NCBI GenBank assembly: GCA_963775685.1
Contig: CAVZJV010000014.1
Coordinates: 1,952,001 to 2,016,000, forward strand
DNA: 64,000 nucleotides
From: Candidatus Bathyarchaeota archaeon
GTDB taxonomy: Archaea; Thermoproteota; Bathyarchaeia; Bathyarchaeales; Bathycorpusculaceae
Direction: 5' to 3'
Below the pieces are notes generated by a model. It searched no databases. It was not told the origin of the DNA and saw only the letters and a list, made by a program, of their open reading frames with translations. The number at the start of each line of letters is the position of its first letter. Position 1 is the first letter of the stretch. This document shows positions 22,087 through 31,375 of this stretch, one piece after another. A program made the position numbers and the translations under genes.

Positions 22087-22935
22087 TTGAAAGACGCTAG
22101 AGATACCTGGTGTATCCAGATAGACATAACAAATCGTTGTGAAAATAGATGTTCAAACTGCACCCATCTTATTTCGCATGCTCCGACATGGGATATGGAA
22201 CTGGATACTTTTAAGAAAGCTGTGGATTCACTTGAGGATTGGCCAAAAGTTATAGGATTAATAGGAGGAAATACAGCTCTGCATCCTCAAATTAAAGAAT
22301 TAACTGAGTACTTTGTATCAAAAATTCGAAAGAAAGACCAAAGAGGGATATGGACCTCGAATTTCTTTGGAAAAGAAGAGCTCATAAGGGAAAATTACGG
22401 TGTTATCTATTATAATCCCCATTCAGAAACGGTGGTTCATCAACCAATCCTATGTGCAAGTAGAGACTTAATTAAGGATGAGGCAACACGTAATAAGTTG
22501 ATTGGCTCATGCTGGCTCGCTGATCAATGGAGCCCAAGTATTACGCCAAAGGGCTGTTATCGCTGCGAAGTTATGGGTGCCTTTGATATGGTTCTGGGTT
22601 ACAATCTGGGTTTACCTATAGAATATGGATGGTGGAATAAACCCATCTCTGCTTTTCAAAAGCAAATTTCGACTTTCTGCCAACTTTGCTCAGTTTGCAT
22701 ACCACTCAAAGCTCGACGAGACCGCGACCAAAAAGATGACATTTCAGCATCAAACTTGGAATTGCTCAGAAATTCACCACGCATAAAGACAGGGCGATAT
22801 GTTCTTTTCGATGAAAAACGGTTCAAACTAGCTAATGCAAGAACAATACAATGGCAGCCTGAGAGATACCGTCGTCCAACTACCCTTGAGAGACTATATG
22901 CCTCTTGTAAGGAGAAGTTAAAGAAACCACATTAG
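22087..22935 (+). CDS. Radical SAM protein of unknown function
   Basis: IDITNRCENRCSNC, GLIGGN..LHP, C-terminal Cys cluster (CW, CYRCE, CQLCSVC). Confidence 0.85.
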   Translation: MKDARDTWCIQIDITNRCENRCSNCTHLISHAPTWDMELDTFKKAVDSLEDWPKVIGLIGGNTALHPQIKELTEYFVSKIRKKDQRGIWTSNFFGKEELIRENYGVIYYNPHSETVVHQPILCASRDLIKDEATRNKLIGSCWLADQWSPSITPKGCYRCEVMGAFDMVLGYNLGLPIEYGWWNKPISAFQKQISTFCQLCSVCIPLKARRDRDQKDDISASNLELLRNSPRIKTGRYVLFDEKRFKLANARTIQWQPERYRRPTTLERLYASCKEKLKKPH

Positions 22936-23082
22936 ACTTTTTAGTAATAATTAGGTTTTAGAGTTGAAATGAAGGTTTTGATTTAGCACATAAGCAAGAT
23001 ATTGACCTAGGTGATTGTATGACTAACTTAGAGTATTTGTATTAAAGAATCCCGTTACATTTCAGAAACTTGAGTCTTTATA

Positions 23083-24057
23083 GTGCCGCAAGTATTTTTA
23101 ACCAGCTTTAGCCAATGTGTTTGTATGATTTCAGGGTTCATGATAGTCAAAAACGTTCTTGAGCAAGGCTATCCCTTTGTTGAAGCAATCGCTTCTGCCC
23201 TTCCTGCATGCGATGAATTTTTAGTTTCAGATGGCTACTCGACAGATGGAACTTACGAAATTCTAGAAAAAATTGTTGTGAAGAACCCCAAAGTCAAGAT
23301 TTATCGTTACCGTTGGCCTGAGAAAAAAAACATGACTGTGCTCGCCGATGTCACCAACGAGGTACGAGACCGATGCCAATACGACTATATATTTTCGGTT
23401 CAAGCCAACGAAATAATTCATGAACTATCGGCTACCTATATCAAGGCTCTACCAAGCATTTACCCAACCGTTAACACTTTCAGTTTTCCCTTCGTACAGT
23501 TACTGAACACCCGCAAACTAGTTGATGAATACCGGTTTCGCTTCTCAAAAAATCTTTCCGAAGTAAGCGCCATCGAGGATGCTTGGAGACTTGGTCTAAA
23601 CAAAAGATATTTGAGAAAGAAAAAACTAAAAGCTCTCTCAAACCCTAAACGGCTATTCAACTATTTAGACAAAGGCATAGAACTAGTTTACGCTAATAAC
23701 TGTCACGACCACCTTTCCAGAGCAATCTACCTTCCTAGGCCTATCTATCGGTACTGGGCGTTATTCCCCGAAAGTTTCCTAAAAAAAGCCAAGCGACATG
23801 CGGAATACTTCACAATGTCTAAATTCCAAGAGTTATTTGATGCATTAAAGTCTCGGGAAGAAGATCCTGAATTTTGGAAGTTAGCTTCCGAATTTTTGAT
23901 GGACATACAATACAAGCTTAGATACCACTACCCTGAACCATACGGCTTTGTGGATAGAAAAGAGCACCCCGCAATTATTCAAGAATTCATCGCCAACTCA
24001 AAAAACAAGCAATACTACATTAGAGAAGAACTGTTCGAACAGATTCGAAAACTGTGA
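23083..24057 (+). CDS. Glycosyltransferase family 2-like protein
   Basis: ISGFMIVKN..GYPFVEAI, DGYSTDGT, QANE; likely start at MISG. Confidence 0.8.
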   Translation: MPQVFLTSFSQCVCMISGFMIVKNVLEQGYPFVEAIASALPACDEFLVSDGYSTDGTYEILEKIVVKNPKVKIYRYRWPEKKNMTVLADVTNEVRDRCQYDYIFSVQANEIIHELSATYIKALPSIYPTVNTFSFPFVQLLNTRKLVDEYRFRFSKNLSEVSAIEDAWRLGLNKRYLRKKKLKALSNPKRLFNYLDKGIELVYANNCHDHLSRAIYLPRPIYRYWALFPESFLKKAKRHAEYFTMSKFQELFDALKSREEDPEFWKLASEFLMDIQYKLRYHYPEPYGFVDRKEHPAIIQEFIANSKNKQYYIREELFEQIRKL

Positions 24058-24166
24058 GGTACCATATTTTGCGCCTGAGAATACACAGATAAGTTTTCAT
24101 AAAAGAAGCAAGAATAAGAATGCGAAACGCAAAACAGCGCCAATGGTAACGTGGAGACCTCTCTAG

Positions 24167-24796
24167 TTGAGTGAGCAACCAACAATTAAACTTAGAATTG
24201 ACGTGGATTATCCTTATCCCTCATCAAGAGCTAAAAGTTTTTTCTATGTAGTGCTTGGCATCAAAACACGCAAAGATAAAAGTTACCTCAGAAATGCCCG
24301 TATTATTGCCCAGATGATAAACGGGTCACAGAAAAAAGTCATGGCATATTGGTTCTTCACTCCTTACACAATCCCAGACAAAAACCTTCTTGACCTGCTT
24401 GATCCCGTGCGGCATGAAGTTGGTTTGCATATTGCTAATAATGCAGTCAAGGAATGGAAAATGCTTGAAAAAGCAACAGGAAGGGCAATCCAATACTACA
24501 CTTTCCATGGCACCTCAAACACAATTGCCCGACTGTTGTGGAGACGTAAACTAGGCCAAAAACAGGCAACAGTTCCAGGCGATTTTCCAGTTAAATCCTT
24601 CCATGAATTCACAACAACAGGTTTAGACAGGCGCGTCTTTGAAGCTGGGTTGGATTCGGTTAAAAAAGAAGCGAAAATCTGGATCAGTCAAGGCACTGTT
24701 ATATCGATTCATCCTGAATGGCTCTTTAAAAAGGGTGAAAAGAATCGCCGAGGCCCTTTTTATGAGGCATTAAAATTAATTTTGGGGGTGGACTAA
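24167..24796 (+). CDS. Polysaccharide deacetylase-like (NodB fold) protein
   Basis: LRIDVDY, HEVGLH, HG, IHPEW metal-site pattern. Confidence 0.65.
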   Translation: MSEQPTIKLRIDVDYPYPSSRAKSFFYVVLGIKTRKDKSYLRNARIIAQMINGSQKKVMAYWFFTPYTIPDKNLLDLLDPVRHEVGLHIANNAVKEWKMLEKATGRAIQYYTFHGTSNTIARLLWRRKLGQKQATVPGDFPVKSFHEFTTTGLDRRVFEAGLDSVKKEAKIWISQGTVISIHPEWLFKKGEKNRRGPFYEALKLILGVD

Positions 24797-24872
24797 AACG
24801 CTTGAAGCCCAACGGATAAGGAAAAAGCTGTTTTTCCGAATAGCCCAAGACAATCAGGAATACGAGAAAGAT

Positions 24873-25667
24873 GTGTTTACAACTGAGGATCTTGTTAAAA
24901 AGTTAGGTCAACAAGGAGTCGATATCTTTACTTTCCTTGAAAGAACTTGGTGTTGCCCCATCTCTAACCCACCAGTCAACTGGAAAAGAACCGATGACAA
25001 TGTGGGTTTGATGGAAATAACGACTTTTGATGCTTGGTTTAATGCTGTGGGAAAAAAAACACGTAACATGGTTCGCCGTGCCGAGAAATGTGGCGTAAAA
25101 GTAAGTGTTGTGCAGCCTGATGAAAAGCTGGCGGAGGGGATTTGGAAAATCTACAATGAAACACCCATTCGGCAGGGCAGAGCTTTTCCGCATTATGGGG
25201 AATCAATCAAATCCGTTACCGATAACATGTTGTTGGCAAAAAAATCCACTTTCATCGGCGCCTACCTCAAGGGTGACCTCCTCGGATTCATCCAGATAAT
25301 CTACGGCAACCAAATAGCCATCATCTCACAGATTCTTTCGATGCAGAAGCATTGGGATAAATCATTAAACAACGCGCTTCTCGCAAAAGCAGTGGAAGTC
25401 TGCGTAGGCCACGGCGTCAGGTGGCTCATGTATGGACGCATAGGCAATCATCCCTCACTTGACAGGTTCAAAGAAAGCAACGGATTCGCCAGATATCCGA
25501 TAACTCGTTACTACGTGCCCATAACATGGAAGGGAAGACTTGCGATACGTTTAGGTCTGCACAAAGAGTTCAAAGATGCTTTGCCACAACCGCTTAAGGA
25601 TCCTCTTATTCCAGTTTTTAACTGGATAAGCCGAAACAAGACGCCACTAAAGCTTCGCAGAAAATAG
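24873..25667 (+). CDS. FemAB/GNAT-like acyltransferase
   Basis: KKTRNMVRRAEKCGV, SLDRFKESNGF; frame stays open upstream to 24780. Confidence 0.75.
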   Translation: MFTTEDLVKKLGQQGVDIFTFLERTWCCPISNPPVNWKRTDDNVGLMEITTFDAWFNAVGKKTRNMVRRAEKCGVKVSVVQPDEKLAEGIWKIYNETPIRQGRAFPHYGESIKSVTDNMLLAKKSTFIGAYLKGDLLGFIQIIYGNQIAIISQILSMQKHWDKSLNNALLAKAVEVCVGHGVRWLMYGRIGNHPSLDRFKESNGFARYPITRYYVPITWKGRLAIRLGLHKEFKDALPQPLKDPLIPVFNWISRNKTPLKLRRK

Positions 25668-25755
25668 AACTATCCGGCAGTGAGCAAAGAGGTTAAATCA
25701 ACAAAGCAGAATATACATTACAAATAAACGCTGAAAGTTCACCTTTGAGGAAAAA

Positions 25756-26730
25756 ATGTTGGCTTATCCTCTTACCTTCATCATTATTGTTAATTGGAAT
25801 GGCAGAGAAACGTTGCGTAAGTGCCTCTTCTCTCTTTTTGCCAACACACAAAGCTCCGAGTTCAGAGTAGTGGTAGTTGATAATTCAAGCACCGATGAGT
25901 CAATAGAGATGCTGCAAAAAAACTTTCCTCAAGTCCAACTGATAACTAACGAAGCGAATATGGGTTTCTCCTTTGCAAACAATCAAGGCATCCAGATTGC
26001 CCTTGCAAACGGCGCAAAGCAGATTTTGCTCCTAAACAACGACATAGAAATCACCGATAGGAAATGGCTCGAAACTCTCACTGCTGTTTTAGAGTTCGAC
26101 CCTAAGGTAGGTATTGTAGGCTGTAAACTGCTCTTTCCAGACGGCAAAATTCAGCATGCAGGTGGAAAAATTGCGTTAAGAGGTGCTTACCACCGTGGAG
26201 AAAACGAAGAAGACCTAGGACAGTATGACAAAGTTGAATTTGTTGACTATGTAACTGGCGCAGCTTTGCTCGTTAAAATAGAAGTTATAACTAAAATTGG
26301 GTTTTTAGATGTGGGTTTCACACCGCTTTATTGCGAAGACACTGACTGGTGTGTTCGAGCAAGACTTTACGGATACAAAATCGCATACACGCCTCACCCA
26401 ACGCTCTTCCACCATTGCGGTGCCTCAGCAAAAAAACTCGGTAGCACTAAAAACTATTTTTATTACCGAAGAAGCTCACTTCGATTCTTCTTACTAAATT
26501 TCCAAATGAAAGACATCCTAAAACGCATACTCAAATTTGAAACCAAAGCAGCCATAGCATGCTTTATCGGACGTAACCAAAATGGTAAACTGCCCATTAC
26601 TCTTAGATCCGATGCCTCATACAGGTTTTCGCTTTTACTCAACGCTTGGGCTCCAAGCATTCGAGACCTCAAGGGCATAATGGCTAAACGGCAACGGAGA
26701 TTCCTGTTGAAAACAAAACTTCAAGTCTAA
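25756..26730 (+). CDS. Glycosyltransferase family 2 (rhamnosyltransferase-like)
   Basis: IIVNWNG, VVDNSSTD, LLNND, EDTDWC. Confidence 0.93.
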   Translation: MLAYPLTFIIIVNWNGRETLRKCLFSLFANTQSSEFRVVVVDNSSTDESIEMLQKNFPQVQLITNEANMGFSFANNQGIQIALANGAKQILLLNNDIEITDRKWLETLTAVLEFDPKVGIVGCKLLFPDGKIQHAGGKIALRGAYHRGENEEDLGQYDKVEFVDYVTGAALLVKIEVITKIGFLDVGFTPLYCEDTDWCVRARLYGYKIAYTPHPTLFHHCGASAKKLGSTKNYFYYRRSSLRFFLLNFQMKDILKRILKFETKAAIACFIGRNQNGKLPITLRSDASYRFSLLLNAWAPSIRDLKGIMAKRQRRFLLKTKLQV

Positions 26731-26741
26731 ACTGATCTTAT

Positions 26742-27896
26742 TTACAAGAATCGTTCGTATAGCGTCGCAAGTTGCTTTGCGACTTTGTTTGCTTCAAAAG
26801 TCTCAAGAACCCATACACGCCCATTTTTTCCGAACTGCTCTCTCTTTTCTTTATTAAGCAACAGCTCTTCTATTGCCGACCGAAGAGCTACAGGGCTTTT
26901 TTGTTCAACTAAAATGCCGGTTACACCATTCTTAACAACTTCTGGAATTGAACCTGTGAATGTTGAGACTACGGGTTTTTCACATGCCATAGCTTCTACA
27001 AGGGCGTATCCAAATTGCTCAGCCCAGAAATTGGTTTCAATGCTTGGTAAACAGAAAATATCGGCTAAATTATGAATTTCAGCCATATCCGAATAACCGA
27101 TACTTCCTAGAAACTTTACTGTGTTTTGGATTTTCAAGCTTTCAACAAGTCCCTTGATCTGCCGCCGCATGTTTGGGGTGCCTGAGCCAGCGACTAAGAG
27201 TTCGATGTTTTGGTGGCTCTTTATCATTAAGGCAAAAGCTTTCAACAAATCAAATAATCCCTTCTCGGGAGTGAGTCGTCCGACGAAGAGGATTTTTGTA
27301 GCTTCGTCTGAGACGCCGAATTTGTTGGTTGCCGTTTTCACTGTTGGTTTGAACCTGTTGCAGTCCATACCTGCGGGAATTACAGATATTTTCTTTTGGT
27401 TGACTCCTTCTTTTGTAAGTGCTTCTTTGGCTTTTTCTGTTATAGCAATGAAGTGGGTTACGTGTTGGCGATTGTATTCTTGGATTCTTATGTAGGGGTT
27501 GCCTTTAATGTTGAAGGGTATGTTTTCCCACTGTGTGGCTACTGTTGGTTTGCCTGTTTTTACAGCTTGATATGTGAACGGGTACCAAATGTCGGCGGAG
27601 TGGATTATGTCAAGGTCTTCGGTAAGTTTTTTTAAGCCGATGACTCGGAGGTTCCATGATTCAAAGTTGTATTTTGTAGCTCTGCCAACCAAGGAGAAAA
27701 ACGGCTTCAGTCCACCTTTTGTTAAGGTTCGCAGGTTGTGTCCTGCTCTTATCGGAAACGTGATTTCTGGTAGCTGCTTCTCTTTGTCGTGTGTGGTGAT
27801 GCCTATTGGTTGAAAGCCATAGTTGGTGAGTTTCTCAAAGTATTGTCCTTCGTATGGGTTTAGGTTTGGACCCCTTAAGATGCCGACTTTATGCAA
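26742..27896 (-). CDS. Glycosyltransferase family 4
   Basis: FVGRLTPEKG, EQFGYALVEAMAC. Confidence 0.93.
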   Translation of the reverse strand: MHKVGILRGPNLNPYEGQYFEKLTNYGFQPIGITTHDKEKQLPEITFPIRAGHNLRTLTKGGLKPFFSLVGRATKYNFESWNLRVIGLKKLTEDLDIIHSADIWYPFTYQAVKTGKPTVATQWENIPFNIKGNPYIRIQEYNRQHVTHFIAITEKAKEALTKEGVNQKKISVIPAGMDCNRFKPTVKTATNKFGVSDEATKILFVGRLTPEKGLFDLLKAFALMIKSHQNIELLVAGSGTPNMRRQIKGLVESLKIQNTVKFLGSIGYSDMAEIHNLADIFCLPSIETNFWAEQFGYALVEAMACEKPVVSTFTGSIPEVVKNGVTGILVEQKSPVALRSAIEELLLNKEKREQFGKNGRVWVLETFEANKVAKQLATLYERFL

Positions 27897-27970
27897 GTTG
27901 AGCTCATACCAGCCTATTCATGATTAACTCTTAAGTGTGAGCTAAAATAGCTTTGCACGATAGCTGGCTA

Positions 27971-28240
27971 TCATAGGAGAAGTTCTCCGAGAAGCTTGTT
28001 TAGTTCTTCTCGGTTTTTGACGCTGCGAAAAATCGCTTTTCCACTAGAGTACAAGCGAAAAGATGTGTCATTAAAATTTAATTCAAAAATTATACCCGCG
28101 ATCTTATTTTTGAGAGTGGCTTTTTTTAGAATGCGGTCGATGACTTCATCTTTTTTTTCATATTTGAAGACTACGATGACGTCTTTTTCTGCGCCGCAAG
28201 TTCCTTCAACTCGGGTCACATAATCTTCAAGGGTTGCCAC
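27971..28240 (-). CDS. Small hypothetical protein, last gene of the Fe-S operon
   Basis: Start overlaps the sufS stop; FRLYSSGKAIF motif; single Cys. Confidence 0.75.
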   Translation of the reverse strand: MATLEDYVTRVEGTCGAEKDVIVVFKYEKKDEVIDRILKKATLKNKIAGIIFELNFNDTSFRLYSSGKAIFRSVKNREELNKLLGELLL

Positions 28241-29469
28241 TATATTTGATCAAGCTCCTTTAGTATTTCCATGAAGCGGTCAACTTCCGCTAGGGTGTTG
28301 TAGACATAGAAGCTTAAACGTGCAGAAGACTGAAGCTTAAGAACCTCTTCATGCAATGGCTGGGCACAGTGGAATCCGCTACGCATCATTACACCATAAT
28401 TGTCAAAGAACAATGCCACATCATGCGAAGACAAACCTTTAACAGCGAAAGGTATGATGCCCATTTTATCTGAGAGACTATTTGGGCCATAAACCGTGAT
28501 TTTGTTGCTTTCCTGCAAACGTTCAACAGCGTACTTGGTTAATTCTTTCTCATGGCTCAAAACATTGTCCATGCCCAAATCTTCAAGATACTTAACTGCA
28601 GCGCCCAAACCTATCGCACCCGCGATGTTAGGAGTTCCCGCTTCGAACTTCCAGGGTAACTCATTTAGCGAAACGCTACATTGCCCCTGACTTTGGATAA
28701 ACTCGACATCCTTTATCATTTCACCACCTCCCTGAAATGGAGCCATTTTCTCAAGCACTTCTTTTTTGCCATAGAGAACTCCAATGCCTGTGGGTCCAAG
28801 CATTTTGTGACCAGAGAACGCCATTAAATCCATGTCTAAATCTTTAACATCAACCGCCATATGAGGCACAGATTGGGCACCGTCAACTAGCATCAAAGCG
28901 CCATGTTCATGTGCCGCTTTGCCGATACGTTTTACGTCGTTGATTACACCTGTAACGTTTGAGACATGGTTTAGGCAAGCGATTTTTGTTTTGCTGCAAA
29001 GTTTGGTTTCGAAGTCATCATAGTCGAGTTTTCCATCAGGGTTGACTTTAGCGTATTTGATTGTGAAACCCTTGAGTTTGGCTGTGATTTCCCATGGAAC
29101 GATGTTGCTGTGGTGCTCCATCAAAGAAACAAGAACCTCGTCTCCCTTGACAAGGTTGTTTAATCCCCAAGAATACGCGACTAAGTTGATGGCTTCAGTT
29201 GTACCCCTAACAAAAACTACCTCACTGGAATGTTTGGCGTTGATAAATTTTGCAATTCGCTCACGTGATGTCTCGTATAGGTCAGTTGCTTCCAACGAGA
29301 GGGAATGAACGGCGCGGTGGACATTGCCGTTGTGGTTTTTGTAGAAGTCCACTATGGCGTCGATGACTTTATGGGGCTTCTGGGTGGTTGCGGCGTTGTC
29401 AAAGTAGATTAGGGTGTTGCCGTTAATTTGCCTGTTTAAAATTGGGAAGTCTTGCCTAATTACTTGCAT
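28240..29469 (-). CDS. sufS: SufS-type (group II) cysteine desulfurase
   Basis: DNAATTQKP, MEHHSN, FSGHKMLGPTG, RSGFHCAQP. Confidence 0.95.
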   Translation of the reverse strand: MQVIRQDFPILNRQINGNTLIYFDNAATTQKPHKVIDAIVDFYKNHNGNVHRAVHSLSLEATDLYETSRERIAKFINAKHSSEVVFVRGTTEAINLVAYSWGLNNLVKGDEVLVSLMEHHSNIVPWEITAKLKGFTIKYAKVNPDGKLDYDDFETKLCSKTKIACLNHVSNVTGVINDVKRIGKAAHEHGALMLVDGAQSVPHMAVDVKDLDMDLMAFSGHKMLGPTGIGVLYGKKEVLEKMAPFQGGGEMIKDVEFIQSQGQCSVSLNELPWKFEAGTPNIAGAIGLGAAVKYLEDLGMDNVLSHEKELTKYAVERLQESNKITVYGPNSLSDKMGIIPFAVKGLSSHDVALFFDNYGVMMRSGFHCAQPLHEEVLKLQSSARLSFYVYNTLAEVDRFMEILKELDQI

Positions 29470-29471
29470 AT

Positions 29472-29987
29472 CTATGATTGTTTTTCTGCCTCAGGTTTTA
29501 GCCTCTTAGAGAGCGTTTTTGCCAGTTCCTCTTCCTCTAATGCTTGTTTCTCTTCGAATGTGTGTTCTTTAGGCAACCATGTTGGTGCTTCTGCGCCTTT
29601 TTGAGTTAAGTATTGTCTGATGGCACGTTTTAGTGCTCCTACGGCGAGGACTCCGCAGTGGAATTTTACGCTTGGCAATCCACCGATTTCCTCTGTGACT
29701 TTCTTCCAAGTTATATTGTTCCATGCGGCTTCAAGTGTTAAGCCCTTAATCATTTCGGTGACTATGCTTGAGGTGGCGATGTTTGCCGCGCATCCGTAGC
29801 TTTCAAAGCTTGCTTTCTCAATAACTTGTTTTGCTTCATCGATTTTTAGGTAAAAAGTGATCATGTCTCCGCAGGCTGGGTTCCCTGCTACTGCTACTAC
29901 TGTTGCGTCTTCCATTTTTCCAAGATTCTTGGGGTTACGGAATAAATCCATAACTTTCGAGTTGTAAGGTAAAGGTATTCGTGACAT
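29472..29987 (-). CDS. iscU: IscU/NifU-type Fe-S scaffold
   Basis: NPKNLG, GNPACGD, GCAAN, KFHC. Confidence 0.93.
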   Translation of the reverse strand: MSRIPLPYNSKVMDLFRNPKNLGKMEDATVVAVAGNPACGDMITFYLKIDEAKQVIEKASFESYGCAANIATSSIVTEMIKGLTLEAAWNNITWKKVTEEIGGLPSVKFHCGVLAVGALKRAIRQYLTQKGAEAPTWLPKEHTFEEKQALEEEELAKTLSKRLKPEAEKQS

Positions 29988-29989
29988 TC

Positions 29990-31213
29990 TTAATCAGTTC
30001 CTGTCGAGCCGACTATCCCTCTAATGCGGTTTACGGCTACTGGTAAAACTTCTAAAACGTAAGCTATATCTTCTTCTGTAAGAGCTCGAGTTGTCTTCAT
30101 TAAAATGCTGCCATGAGCTTCGCTGAATCTACGCCCGATAGCGACAAGAACGTGACTTGGTTGAAGTAGCCTTCGGCTGCATGCGCTTCCGCTGGAAACA
30201 TATACTCCTTTGAGGCTGAGTTCGATTGTTAATGCTTCACCTTCGCAGCGCAGGATGCTGACGTTTGCGTTGTCGGGACTACGTTTGTCACCTTTTGGAC
30301 CGTTGAACCGCAAATCATCAAGCTCCCCAAATATTCCATCAACAAGCTTATCACGCAGCATGCGCATCTTTGTAGTGTTTGCCTCAAAATTCTCAAAAGC
30401 AAGCTCAGAAGCTTTAGTGAAACCCACGATTAATGGGGTGTTTTCAATGCCAGGCCAGAGTTTTTGAGTGCCAATTTGTCCTTCCAATATGCGTTCCATG
30501 TTTACGCCTTCCCGCAGATACATGGCGCCTATTCCACGTGGTCCTTGAATTTTGTAGCTGCCAACCGTAGCTAAGTCCACGTTTAGATTCTGCACGTTAA
30601 AGGGTATTCTGCCGTAGGCGTCGGATGCGTCAGTGTGGAATAGTGCTTGGGGGTTTTTGGCTTTAACTATGTCAACTGCTTCTTTGATCGGCTGGATTGT
30701 GCCCAATTCGTTGTTTACCGTCGAGATGCTGACTAGAACGGTTTCGTTATCAATTGCTTCCTTGAGTTTCTCCAAATCGACAAAGCCTTCGTGGTTTACT
30801 GGGATTTTGGTGGTTGAGAAACCGAATTTTCCCATCATCTCAGCAACCTGCAGAACGTTGATTGGTTCGATTTCTGAGATCACAATTTTTTTCCCCTTGG
30901 CTTTCTGAGAAAAGCATGAGCCCATGATTGCCAGATTATTGGCTTCGGTTTCGCTTGGAGTGAAGGTTATTTCTTCAAGGATTTTTGCGCCCGTATAGTT
31001 AGCGATTTTTTGGAAACTGTTCATTATGACCTCGAAGGCTTCCCAGCCTGGCTTGTGAGTAAGCGTGGGGTTGCCGTATGCTTTCTTATTATAGTAAGGC
31101 AGCATAGCGTCCACAACCTCTTGGGGAACAATGCTGCTGTTTTCGTTGTCTAAGTAAACCTCATGCGTTATGCCCTCATGCAGTTTGAGGAGCTCTTTCA
31201 CGTTTTCAACCAT
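29990..31213 (-). CDS. iscS: IscS/NifS-like (group I) cysteine desulfurase homologue with altered PLP site
   Basis: SSGSACS retained; YLDNENSS, EIEPINV, TDASDAYG, GSYKIQGPRG differ from the canonical motifs. Confidence 0.8.
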   Translation of the reverse strand: MVENVKELLKLHEGITHEVYLDNENSSIVPQEVVDAMLPYYNKKAYGNPTLTHKPGWEAFEVIMNSFQKIANYTGAKILEEITFTPSETEANNLAIMGSCFSQKAKGKKIVISEIEPINVLQVAEMMGKFGFSTTKIPVNHEGFVDLEKLKEAIDNETVLVSISTVNNELGTIQPIKEAVDIVKAKNPQALFHTDASDAYGRIPFNVQNLNVDLATVGSYKIQGPRGIGAMYLREGVNMERILEGQIGTQKLWPGIENTPLIVGFTKASELAFENFEANTTKMRMLRDKLVDGIFGELDDLRFNGPKGDKRSPDNANVSILRCEGEALTIELSLKGVYVSSGSACSRRLLQPSHVLVAIGRRFSEAHGSILMKTTRALTEEDIAYVLEVLPVAVNRIRGIVGSTGTD

Positions 31214-31375
31214 ACAGTATACTACCTGAATTTTTTGGGATAGATAAACTCGTCAATTGCTAATATCATGTTCAAATAGAAAAACGTAGCTTAAAAAAAC
31301 TGCGTTTTCCAAGGCTAACACTATTAATTAGCTCCTTTTCAATATTGGTAAAATAAAAGTGTTAGGCGAATTAAA

